Assembly (NCBI GenBank): GCA_977017645.1
Contig: OZ360223.1
Coordinates: 19,716,001 to 19,780,000 of the forward strand
Source: Torpedo marmorata
Taxonomy: Eukaryota
Direction: 5' to 3'
Length of the DNA: 64,000 nt
In this document: piece after piece, positions 29,551 to 39,699 of the stretch
Layout: each line of letters begins with the position of its first letter
Position numbering within the stretch: position 1 is the stretch's first letter
The notes under the pieces: generated by a model
The model's input: only the letters and a program-made list of their open reading frames with translations
What the model was told of the DNA's origin: nothing
Database searches by the model: none
Program-made: the position numbers and the translations under genes

Positions 29551-32500
29551 GTACACGCCCCTCAGTGTGGATACTATGCACACCCATCGGTGTAGATACA
29601 GCACACCCCCTCAGTGTAGATACAGTACACCCCCTCAGTGTAGATACAGTACACCCCCCTCAGTGTGGATACAATTCACACACCCTCAGTGTAGATTAAG
29701 TACACCTCCCTCAGTGTGGATACAATGCACTCCCCCATCAGTGTAGATAAAGTACACATCCCACAATGTGGATACAATGAACCCCCTCCCCCCACAGTGT
29801 AGATACAATGCATCCCTCAATATGGTTAAAATGAACTCCCCCTCAGTGTAGACACAGTACACCCACCTCTTTGTAGATAAAGTACACCCCCCTCAGTGTG
29901 GATACAATGCACTCCCCCTCGGTGTGGATACAATACACATCCTCAGTGCAGATACTATACACCCCCCTCAGTGTAGATAGAGTACACACCCCTCAGTTTA
30001 GATACAATACACCCCACTCAGTGTAGATAGAGTACATACCCCTCAGTGTAGATACAATACACCCCCCTCAGTATAGATAAAATACAACCCCTCAGTGTAG
30101 ATACAGTACACCCCCTCACACTGGATAAAATACACCCCCGCAGAGTTGATACAATAGACCCTCCTCAGTGTAGATAGAATACACACCCTCAGTGTGGATA
30201 CAATGCAATCCCTGTCAGTGTAGATAGAATATACCACCCTCAGTGTAGATACAATACACACCCTCAGTGTGGATACAATGCAATCCCCCTCAGTGTAGAT
30301 AGAAAATACCCCCCTCAGTGTAGATACAATAAACCTCGCTCAGTGCAGATACAATACAATCCCCTCAGCATGGATACAATACACTCCCCCTCTGTGTAGA
30401 TTCAGTACACCCCCTCAGTGTAAATACAATACAATCCCGTCAGTGTGGATACAATGCACTCCCTGTCAGTGTTGATAGAATACACCCCCCTCAGTGAAGA
30501 TACAATAAACCCCCCTCAGTGTAGATACAATACACACAGCTCAGTGTAGATACAATAAACCCCCCTCAGTGTGGATACAATGCACTCCCCCAAAGTGTAG
30601 ATACAGTAAATCCCCTCAGTGTAAATACAATACACCCCCCTCAGTGTAGATGCAATGCATCCCCTCAGTGTGGTTAAAATGCACTCCCCTTCAGTGTAGA
30701 CACAGTACACCCCCCTCTTTGTAGATATAGTACACCCCCTCAGTGTAGATACAATACACCTCCATCAGTGTAGATACAATACACCCCCATCAGTGTCGAT
30801 AAAATACACCTACCTCAGTGTGAATACAATGCACTCCCCCTCAGTGAAGGTACAGTATAACCCATCAGTGTAGATTCAATACACCCCCCTCAGAGTTGAT
30901 AAAATGCATTCCCCCTCAGTGTAGATAGACGATACCCCCTTTGTGTAGATACAATACACCCCCCTCAGTGTAGATACAATACACCCACCTCAGTGTGGAT
31001 ACAATGCAAACCCCCTCAGTGTAGATACAGTACATCCCCTCAGTGCAGATACAATGAACTCCCCCTCAGTGGAGATAGAGTACACCTCCCTCAGTGTAAA
31101 TACAATACACACGCATCAGTGTAGATGCAGTACACCCCCTCAGTGTAGATACAGCAGACCACCCTCAGTGTACATACAGTACAAACCCTCAGTGTAGATA
31201 CAGTACACCCCCCTACAGTGTGGATACAATGCACACCCCCTCAGTGTAGATAAAGTACACTTCCCTCAGTGTAGATACAATGCATCACCTCAGTGTGGAT
31301 ACAATGCACTCCCCCTCAGTGTAGACACAGTACACTCCCCTCTTTGTAGATATAGTACATCCAACTCAGTGTCGATATAATACAAACACCTCAGTGTGGA
31401 TACAATGCACTCCCCCTCAGTGTAGACACAGTACACTCCCCTCTTTGTAGATATAGTACATCCCACTCAGTGTCGATATAATACAAACACCTCAGTGTGG
31501 ATACAATGCACTCACCCTTAGTGAAGACACAGTACACCCCCCTCTTTGAAGATATAGTACACCCCCCTCAGTGTCGATATAATACACACCTCTCAGTGTG
31601 GATACAGTGCACTCCCCCTCAGTGTGGATACAATACACACCCTCAGTGTAGATACAATACACCCCCCTCAGTGTAGATAAAATACGACCCCTCAGTGTAG
31701 ATACAGTACACCCCCTCACTCTGCATACAAGACACCCCCGCAGAGTAGATACAATAGACCCTCCTCAGTGTAGATACAATACACACCCTCAGTGTAGATA
31801 CAATACACCCCCCTCAGTGTAGATAGAGTACACACCCCTCAGTGTAGATAAAATACGACCCCTCAGTGTAGATACAGTACACCCCCTCACTCTGGATACA
31901 AGACACCCCCGCAGAGTAGATACAATAGACCCTCCTCAGTGTAGATACAATACACACCCTCAGTGTGGATACAATGCAATCCCCGTCAGTGTAGATAGAA
32001 AATACCCCCCTCAGTGTAGATACAATACACATCCTCAGTTTGGATACATTACACACCCCTCAGCGTGGTACAATACACTCCCCCTCTGTGTAGATTCAGT
32101 ACACCTCCTCAGTGTAAATACAATACAACCCCGTCAGTGTGGATGCAATGCTCTCCCCATCAGTGTTGATAGAATACACCCCCCTCAGTGAAGATACAAT
32201 ACACCCCGCTCAATGTAGATACAATACACCCACCTCAGTGTGGATACAATGCACTCCCCCTCAGTGTAGATACAGTAACTCCCCTCAGTGTAAATACAAT
32301 ACACCCCCTCAGTTTAGATACAGTACACCCCCTCAGTGTAAATACAATACACACTCCTCAGTGTAGATACAAAACACCCCCCTCAGTGTAAATATAATGC
32401 ACTACGCCTCAGTGTAGATACAGTACACCCCCTCAGTGTAAATACAATACACACCCCTCAGTGTAGATACAAAACACCCCCCTCAGTGTAGATCCAATGC

Positions 32501-32934
32501 ATCCCCATAGTGTGGTTAAAATGCACTCCCCCTCAGTGTAGACACAGGACACACCCCTCTTTATAGATATAGTACACCCCCTCAGTGTAGATACAACACA
32601 CACTCCTCAGTGTGGATAAAATGCACTCCCCCTCAGTGTAGCTACAGTACACTCCCATAAGCATAGATACAGTACACCCCCATAGGTATAGATACAGTAC
32701 ACCCCCTCAGTGAGGATACAATTCACTCCTCCAATGTGAAGACACAATACACCCCTCTGTGTAGATTTCAATACACCAACCTCAGTGTAGATAAATAACA
32801 CCCCCTCAGTGTAGATACAATATACCCCCTCAGTGTAGATAGAATACACACCCTCAGTGTAGATACAATACAACCCACTCAGTGTAGATACATTAAACCA
32901 TCCTCAGTGTGGATACAATGCACTCCCCCTCAAT

Positions 32935-32938
32935 GTAG
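32935..32938 (+). other. Target-site duplication GTAG (left copy)
   Basis: caatGTAG|TGTTA on the left and TAACA|GTAGatac on the right. Removing the element and one GTAG restores an intact monomer, ctcaatgtagatacaatacacc. Confidence 0.85.
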
Positions 32939-33821
32939 TGTTATGGACCATGACTGACCATTTGGACTGCGGACGGTTAGCAGGAAGGATGAATTCTTTT
33001 GGAGTATACACTGGGGCCATGTACCGAAAGAGTTAACTTCCCCAGCTACTTGGTGTACCCAGACAAGATACATTGTTGCACTTTTCGCGTACCCAGACAG
33101 AGAGAGAGAAAGAGAAAGACCAGAGAGAGAGCCGACAAGATACATTTGTTTCACTTCTGCAAAAAGCAGGGGCAGATCTCTGCAAAGCAGACAGTTGTGA
33201 GTTGCAAGGCTACAGAAAACAGCCAGATCCAGTTTTGTGTGCAAAAGTCAGAGAAAGACTGACAGAATAGCACATGGCCTCCTGTCTCAGAGAAAAATTC
33301 TGAGAAAAAGCACTTTCTGTGGAGAACAGGCGTGAGATCAGTGAGACTAGCTGTGAGATTCAAGCATACGCCTAAATCAGTGGTATACTGATCTGGAACT
33401 TGCAATCCTTATGAACCTACAAGAAGGGGACGTCATCAGAGAAGAAAACAAGTATTTGTAAGCATAACAGTCATTGTCACTCTCCAACGTTCATTCAGAA
33501 GTACTTCTACCAGACCCAGAGCTGAAGTGAAGCCTGAACTTAGAGTGTGAATCTTATGGACTGTGTATCTTTCGTTTTTTTGACTGACTTGTTTTTTTAT
33601 GACTGACCTGGGGTTTTTGGGGAAAGTTTTTCCATTTTTACATAAGGGTTGGGCACAGACTGTAATGGTCTGGGCTTTACACACACACACATACACCTTT
33701 TAGATAAGAATAGAGTTGATTGTTGTGAAATTATATGTTTACTTGTGTTTAATAAATAATAATTTCAATTTTACCCATTTTGCATTGCGTCTTCTGTCGT
33801 TGCTGGTTTGATTTTGTAACA
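32939..33821 (+). repeat. 5' LTR (883 bp)
   Basis: Begins TGTTATGGACC, ends TTTTGTAACA. Direct repeat of 38045-38944. AATAAA at 33751-33756. Confidence 0.97.
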
Positions 33822-33824
33822 AAT

Positions 33825-33848
33825 TGGGGGCTCGTTGCGGGATTTGAA
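33825..33848 (+). promoter_or_regulatory. Primer-binding site complementary to the tRNA-Pro 3' end
   Basis: TGGGGGCTCGTTGCGGGATTTGAA, separated from the 5' LTR by 3 nt (aat). The canonical tRNA-Pro complement is TGGGGGCTCGTCCGGGATTTGAA. Confidence 0.9.
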
Positions 33849-33952
33849 TCAAAATCCATCTTGGTAATTGAAGGAATCCTAGTTTGGTTTAAGGCATTCC
33901 TTTTGTAAAGCTAATTAAAAGCTAGTGTGTGTGTAACAAAAAACCAGCAACA

Positions 33953-35210
33953 ATGGATGTAGAACATTTTTTGGAATCACCTGAACCTGATACTTTAAAA
34001 AAGGCGAAAAAGTAGCAGTTAGTGGCTATAGCAACAGAGTTGGGCATTGCTTCTGTAAAATCATCTATGAAAAAGGCAGAGATTGGGAGAAAAATAGTCA
34101 AATACTATATAAAAGAAAAAAAATTTGAGGAGAGCATGTTAGAGCAGTTTCCCAAGGGTAAACCTTCTGAAAACATACAGTTGGAATTAAAGAAATTAGA
34201 ATTGGAGGCAGCCAGGGAACAAAAGGAATTGGAGGCAGCCAGGGAACAAAAGAAATTAGAGGCAGACAGGGAACAAAAGGAATTGGAGGCAGCCAGAGAA
34301 CAAAAGAAATTAGAGGCAGACAGGGAACAAAAGAAATTAGAATTAGAATTCGAATTGGAACGAAGGAAATTAGAATTGGAGGTAGCCAGAGAACAGAAGA
34401 GATTAGACTTAGAGAACGAGGAGAAAAATAGGATATATATGCTGGAAAAGATAAAGTTGGAAAATGAGAGGAGACAAGAAGAGCGCCAAGATCAAATTCG
34501 TCATCCTGCTGAGGTGTTTTTGGCTAGTAGAGAAGTTAGGTTGGTTCCTCCATTTGAGGAGGCAGAAATAGATAAGTACTTCCAACATTTTGAGAAAGTG
34601 GCTGTGAAATTAAAATGGCCACAAGACCAATGGTCTCTTATGTTACAAAGTGTAATAAAAGGAAAAGCTCAGCAAGCTTATTCTACTCTTACCACAGAGC
34701 AAGCTGCTGATTATGAAACGGTGAAAAAGGCTATACTCCAGGCTTATGAGTTAGTTCCAGAGGCTTATAGACAGAAGTTTAGAAATCTAAAAAGATCAGC
34801 AGCCCAATCTTATACAGAGTTTGCCTATGAAAAAGTTGTGTGTTTTGACAGGTGGTGCACATCTAAGGAAGTAAACAATGATTACAATCAATTGAGAGAA
34901 TTGATAATTATCGAGGAGATAAAAAGGTGTGTTCCTGAGGATATTAAGGCATACTTAGATGAAAAGGAGGTGAAAACTTGGCAAGATTCAGCTAAGTTGG
35001 CAGATGGATATGCTTTAACCCACAAGCCTAAGTGGACGTCAGGTAGAATTTTCCAAAAGGTCACGGTGGATAATCAGAAGCAAGTGGAAAGTAAATTTGG
35101 AAGTGGTGTTAAGGAAAGGGATGAAGGAAAGTGGAAAAGGGAAAACAATTCAGGTCCCATTTGCCACTACTGTAGAAAGGCTGGTCATATGCTAGCAAGC
35201 TGTCCAGTGT
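33953..35210 (+). other. gag: Gag region: coiled coil, capsid with SCAN-like C-terminal part (~34712-35011), CCHC zinc knuckle (35162-35203)
   Basis: E/K/R/L-rich helical stretch; LVPPFEEAEIDKYFQHFEKVA...WPQDQW; YELVPEAYRQKFR...LRELIIIEE; CHYCRKAGHMLASC fits CX2CX4HX4C. Confidence 0.88.
34199..34333 (+). repeat. Coding minisatellite in gag: 5 x 27 bp (ELEAAREQK / KLEADREQK)
   Basis: The unit gaattggaggcagccagggaacaaaag and variants are repeated in frame five times. Confidence 0.92.
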
Positions 35211-35329
35211 TGAAAAAGAAGAGAGAAAAGGATGCAACACCTAATGCTTGTATTCAGAGTGAGAAGATGCATAACACCCAGGAAGGAGATAAATTTACTG
35301 ACAAAGTTAAAGATGTATTTAAACCTTTT

Positions 35330-35620
35330 GTGACTGATGGTTTTGTTTCAGTTAAGGCAGGATCAAAACAAGTTCCAGTGAAAATCTTGCGAGATACTGG
35401 AGCTGCTCAGTCACTTGTGTTAGATAGTGTCTTGGAATTTTGTGAAGCTACTGACACCGGTGACATAAATTTAATTAAAGGAATTGGTGGTGAGGTAGAG
35501 TCCATTCCTTTGCACAAAATAGTATTGGACTCAGACTTGGTGGAAGGACCAGTTATAATAGGAGTGAGATCAGAGTTGCCAGTAGAAGGAGTCTCACTGT
35601 TGTTAGGCAATGACTTGGCC
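35330..35620 (+). other. Retropepsin-like aspartic protease domain
   Basis: ILRDTGAAQSL with the catalytic Asp codon at 35393, and C-terminal LLLGNDL. Domain limits are approximate. Confidence 0.88.
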
Positions 35621-36059
35621 AAGGGTAAAGTAGTTCCTGCAGTGCGAATGACCACTAAGCCAGTCATTGATAAGTCAGAGAAAGACTCTGATATTTATCC
35701 GGCATGTGCCATAACCAGGGCCATGTCTAAGAAAAATGTCACTGTAGAGAAGGCAGTGGAAAATAACTTGCTAAAAGAAAAAGACACTGATAATCAAGAA
35801 AACCTGGAAAAGGTTGAGCTATCTCCTATATTACACCCATCCGCTGATAAGACACCTAAAGGCACAGATTTGTCACTATCCCGACAGGAGTTAATAGCAA
35901 GGCAAAAGGACGATCCAGATCTTGCTGAGGTGAGGGATAAGGTTCTCTCTGAAGAGGAGATTAAAAAGGTGCCAGTAGGGTATTATGAAAAAGATGGGGT
36001 GTTGATGAGAAAGTGGAGACCACGTGATGTTCCTGCCAATGAAGAATGGGCAGTAGTGC

Positions 36060-37135
36060 AGCAGGTTGTGATACCTAAAGTATATAGGGATGCAATAATA
36101 ACTTTGGCTCATAGTACACCCTTAGCTGGTCACCTTGGGGTGAAGAAAACTATAAGTAAGATAATGAAACAGTTTTATTGGCCCAGTTTGAGAAGGGAGG
36201 TTGTAAGCTTTTGCCGGGCCTGTCACACTTGTCAGGTGGTGGGTAAACCTAATCAGGGTCCCCCGGTGGCACCCTTGCAACCTATCCCTGCTTTCAGTGA
36301 GCCTTTCTCAAGAGTAATTGTGGACTGTGTTGGCCCATTGCCCAAAACCAAAGCGGGGAATGAATATTTGTTAACAATTATGTGTGCAGCCACCAGATTT
36401 CCAGAGGCCATTCCTCTGAGAAACATAAAAGCAAAGTCAATTGTAAAGGCTATGGTAAAGTTTTTCACCTTGGTAGGTTTGCCAAGGGAAATTCAATCAG
36501 ATCAGGGCAGTAATTTCATGTCAGGCGTTTACCAACAAGTGGTTGATGGACTGGGAGTTAAACAGATTGTATCCTCTGCGTACCATCCAGAAAGTCAAGG
36601 GGCTTTGGAGAGGTTCCATTCGACTTTGAAAACAATGATTAGAACCTATTGTAGTGAGAAGGAAAAGGATTGGGATGAGGGGGTGCATTTGTTGTTATTT
36701 GCAGCGAGGGAGTCTGTCCAAGATTAGCTTGGTTTTAGTCCATTTGAGTTAGTTTTCGGACATGAGGTGAGAGGTCCTTTTAGATTATTAAAAGAACAGT
36801 GGATTAATCGTGATGTGCATTTAAATCTGTTAGATTATGTTTCCAAATTTAAGGATCGGTTACATAGGGCTTGTGAGATGGCAAAGGAGAATTTAAAGGC
36901 CACTCAACGGAGAATGAAGGTTTGGTATGATCGAAAGGCGAAGATGAGAACTTTTAAACCTGGTGAGAACGTATTAGTTCTGTTTCCCATCCATTCAAAT
37001 CCTCTTAGGGCTAGATTTTCAGGACCCTATAGAGTTAAATCAAAAATTAATTATGTCACCTATGTCATAGAAACACCTAATCGCAGACGAGACACACAGG
37101 TCTGTCATGTGAATATGATTAAGCCATATTTTGAA
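36060..37135 (+). other. Integrase domain (HHCC, D-D35-E, GPY/F module), interrupted by TAG at 36725
   Basis: AHSTPLAGHLG...CRACHTC; IVDCVGP (D at 36323), QSDQG (D at 36500), LERF (E at 36608; 35 residues between D and E); GPYRV...HVNMIKPY. Confidence 0.93.
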
Positions 37136-37224
37136 CAGGTGCCACACAAAGGGACTGAAAATATACCAGAGGTGCTGGTTATTGACAGGGGTAAGGAGGA
37201 GACAGATAGAACCAGTTTCAGAGA

Positions 37225-37912
37225 GGGTCATGGGACTGTTAATTCTCGGAGTTATGTCGTAGGACAGGGGAAGTTGGCGCCAGTAGAGGCAAAGGTTGTC
37301 GCTATTTCCGAGTTCCCTGTTCCAACTGGTAAGAAAACTCTGAGGAGGTTCCTGGGAATGATTGGCTACTACCGCAAGTTCTGTAAAAACTTTGCTGATC
37401 TTGCGCTCCCTCTCACAAATTTGCTTAGAAAGAAAGAGAAATTTGTATGGTCAACAGGTTGTCAGGAAGCATTTGTCAAATTGAAAGCCATGTTATGCCA
37501 CCAACCTGTGCTTAAGTCACCTGATTTAGAACAGTCGTTTTCTTTAGCCGTGGATGCGAGCGATGAAGCTGTGGGTGCGGTGCTGTTACAGAAGAAGAAC
37601 GAAGAGGACATTGCCCATCCGGTATCCTACTTCTCGAAGAAGTTCAATGATCATCAAAGGAATTATTCAACTATAGAGAAAGAGTTGTTGGCTCTTGTGT
37701 TGGCTCTACAACATTTTGATGTGTATATCTGTACAGCTCAAAAACCACTCATAGTGTATACTGACCATAATCCATTGGTTTTTCTTTGTAAAATGAAAAA
37801 TAAGAATCGACGGTTGTTGAATTGGAGTCTAATTTTACAAGAATATAATTTGGTAATCACTCATATAAAAGGGAGAGATAATGTCATTGCTGATTGTCTT
37901 TCCAGATGTTAA
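37225..37912 (+). other. RT thumb/connection remnant plus Ty3/Gypsy RNase H
   Basis: YVVGQG...LRRFLGMIGYYRKFCKNFA...W...CQEAF; AVDASD (D at 37553), YFSKKF, NYSTIEKELLA, YTDHNPL, NVIADCLSR. Confidence 0.92.
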
Positions 37913-38032
37913 ACTTTATCAATGAAAATAGTTCATATTTTGTATTTGTGGATGAACATTGTAGATTTTGTTTATATTCTGACACCTCACTTACTTTCCT
38001 AAATTTTGTTCTTGCAGACCAAAATTTCCTTT

Positions 38033-38044
38033 GAGGGTGGGAGG
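38033..38044 (+). promoter_or_regulatory. Polypurine tract
   Basis: GAGGGTGGGAGG directly abuts the 3' LTR and follows a T-rich stretch. Confidence 0.88.
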
Positions 38045-38944
38045 TGTTATGGACCATGACTGACCATTTGGACTGCGGACGGTTAGCAGGAAGGATGAAT
38101 TCTTTCGGAGTATACACTGGGGCCAGGTACTGAAAGAGTTAACTTCCCCAGCTACTTGGTGTACCCAGACAAGATACATTGTTGCACTTTTCGTGTACCC
38201 AGACAGAGAGAGAGACAGAGAAAGACCAGAGAGAGAGCCGACAAGATACATTTGTTTCACTTCTGCAAAAGGCAGGGTCTCTGCAAAGCAGACAGTTGTG
38301 AGTTGCAAGGCTACAGAACACAGCCAGATCCAGTTTTATGTGCAAAAGTCAGAGAAAGACTGACAGAATAGCACATGGCCTCCTGTCTCAGAGAAAGATT
38401 CTGAGAAAAAGCACTTTCTGTGGAGAACAGGCGTGAGATCAGCGAGACTAGCTGTGAGATTCAGGCATACGCCTAAATCAGTGGTATACTGATCTGGAAC
38501 TTGCAATCCTTATGAACCTACAAGAAGGGGACGTCATCAGAGAAGAAAGCAAGTATTTGTAAGCATAACAGTCATTGTCTCTCTCCAACGTTCATTCAGA
38601 AGTACTTCTACCAGACCCAGAGCTGAAGTGAAGCCTGAACTTAGAGAGTGAATCTTGTGGACTGTGTATCTTTTGTTTTTTTGACTGACTTGTTTTTTTA
38701 TGACTGACCTGGGGTTTTTGGGGAAAGTTTTTCCATTTTTACATTAGGGTTGGGCACAGACTGTAATGGTCTGGGCTTTACACACACACACATACACCTT
38801 TTAGATAAGAATAGAGTTGATAGACGTTTATAGTGGGGTTAATTGTTGTGAAATTATATGTTTACTTGTGTTTAATAAATAATAATTTCAATTTTACCCC
38901 TTTTGCATTGCGTCTTCTGTCGTTGCTGGTTTGATTATGTAACA
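38045..38944 (+). repeat. 3' LTR (900 bp)
   Basis: Begins TGTTATGGACC directly after the purine tract, ends TTATGTAACA. Differs from the 5' LTR by about 18-20 substitutions and two indels (+22, -5). AATAAA at 38874-38879. Confidence 0.97.
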
Positions 38945-38948
38945 GTAG
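38945..38948 (+). other. Target-site duplication GTAG (right copy)
   Basis: Matches 32935-32938. Confidence 0.85.
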
Positions 38949-39699
38949 ATACAATACACCTCCTCAGTGTAAATACAATACACTCACCTCAGTGAAGATA
39001 CAGAACATACCCGTCAGTGTAGATACAATACACCACCCTCAGTGTAGATACAATACAGCCCCCTGAATGTGGATGCAATGCATACCCTCAGGGTGGATAA
39101 AATGCACCCCCACTCAGTGTATGCACAATACACCACCCTCTTTGTAGATATAGTACATGCCTCAGTGTAGATACAATACACTCCAACCAGTGTGGATAAA
39201 ATGCACTACTCCTCAGTGTAGATACAGTACACCCCCCTCAGTATAGATACAGTACAACCCCCTCAGTCAGGATACAATGCACTCCTCCAAAGTGAAGACA
39301 CAATACACCCCCTCAGTGTAGATACAATAAACCCCCTCAGTGAGATACAGTACACCCCCTCACTCTGGATACAATACAACCCCTCAGAGTAGATACAATA
39401 GACCCTCCTCAGTGTTTTCTACAATACACACCCTCAGTGTGGATACAATGCGATCCCCGTCAGTGTAGATAGAATATACCCCCCTCAGTGTAGATACAAT
39501 AAACCTCGCTTAGTGCAGATACAATACACCCCCCTCAGCGTGGATACAATACACTCCCCCTCTGTGTAGATTCAGTACAACCCCTCAGTGTAAATACAAT
39601 ACAACCCCGTCAGTGTGGATACAATGCACTCCCCCTCAGTGTAGATACAGTAAATCCCCTCAGTGTAAATACAATACACCCCCTCAGTGTAGATACAGT

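Larger units (their letters stand above)
1..32938 (+). repeat. Tandem satellite array, left arm; ~24-25 bp monomer CAGTGTAGATACA(G/A)TACACCCCCT with variable C-run, organised in higher-order repeats
   Basis: The motif ctcagtgtagatac recurs every ~23-26 bp throughout, in the same orientation. The array runs off the window start and stops at the TG of the 5' LTR. Confidence 0.99.
33953..37912 (+). pseudogene. gag-pol: Single-frame gag-pol polyprotein (1,320 codons) with premature TAG at 34013-34015 and 36725-36727 and no RT catalytic core
   Basis: ATG 33953 (MDVEHFLESPEPDTLKKAKK*QLVAIATELG), ORF 34022-36727 and ORF 36767-37912 are all in one frame. The second stop interrupts a conserved integrase segment (ESVQD*LGFSPFELVFGHEVRGP). 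Confidence 0.92.
32939..38944 (+). mobile_element. Ty3/Gypsy LTR retrotransposon, Gmr1-like (PR-IN-RT/RH order), 6,006 bp, defective/non-autonomous
   Basis: Two long direct repeats with TGTTA...TAACA termini, flanking GTAG duplication, PBS and PPT. The gag-pol frame has a CCHC knuckle, DTG protease, HHCC/DDE/GPY integrase, then RT thumb and Ty3/Gypsy-type RNase H. Confidence 0.97.

Noticed and set aside
32930-33696. Short ORFs within the LTRs (also 37884-38371)
   Set aside because: They overlap on both strands, their frames differ between the two LTRs because of the 5-bp indel, and they contain no recognisable domains.
33825-33848. Possible tRNA gene fragment or endogenous gammaretrovirus (tRNA-Pro PBS)
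   Set aside because: Only the tRNA 3'-end complement is present, at the PBS position. There is no env, and the pol motifs and order are Gypsy/Gmr1-like.
33925-33945. tgtaacaaa in the 5' leader resembles the LTR end
   Set aside because: Only about 9 bp of similarity, with no upstream LTR homology and no following PBS.
36111-36125. atagtacacccttag in the integrase resembles the satellite monomer (possible TE origin of the satellite)
   Set aside because: The match is short, lacks the gtgtagatac core and lies in constrained codons (H-S-T-P-L). It is compatible with chance.
35407-37231. Antisense ORFs inside pol (35407-35667, 35891-36112, 36253-36468, 37040-37231)
   Set aside because: Short shadow frames of the sense polyprotein with no motifs.
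34022-37912. Treating ORFs 34022-36727 and 36767-37912 as two genes, or as a domesticated host gene
   Set aside because: Both are in the same frame and the stop falls inside a conserved integrase segment. Intact LTRs, PBS, PPT and TSD indicate a transposon copy.
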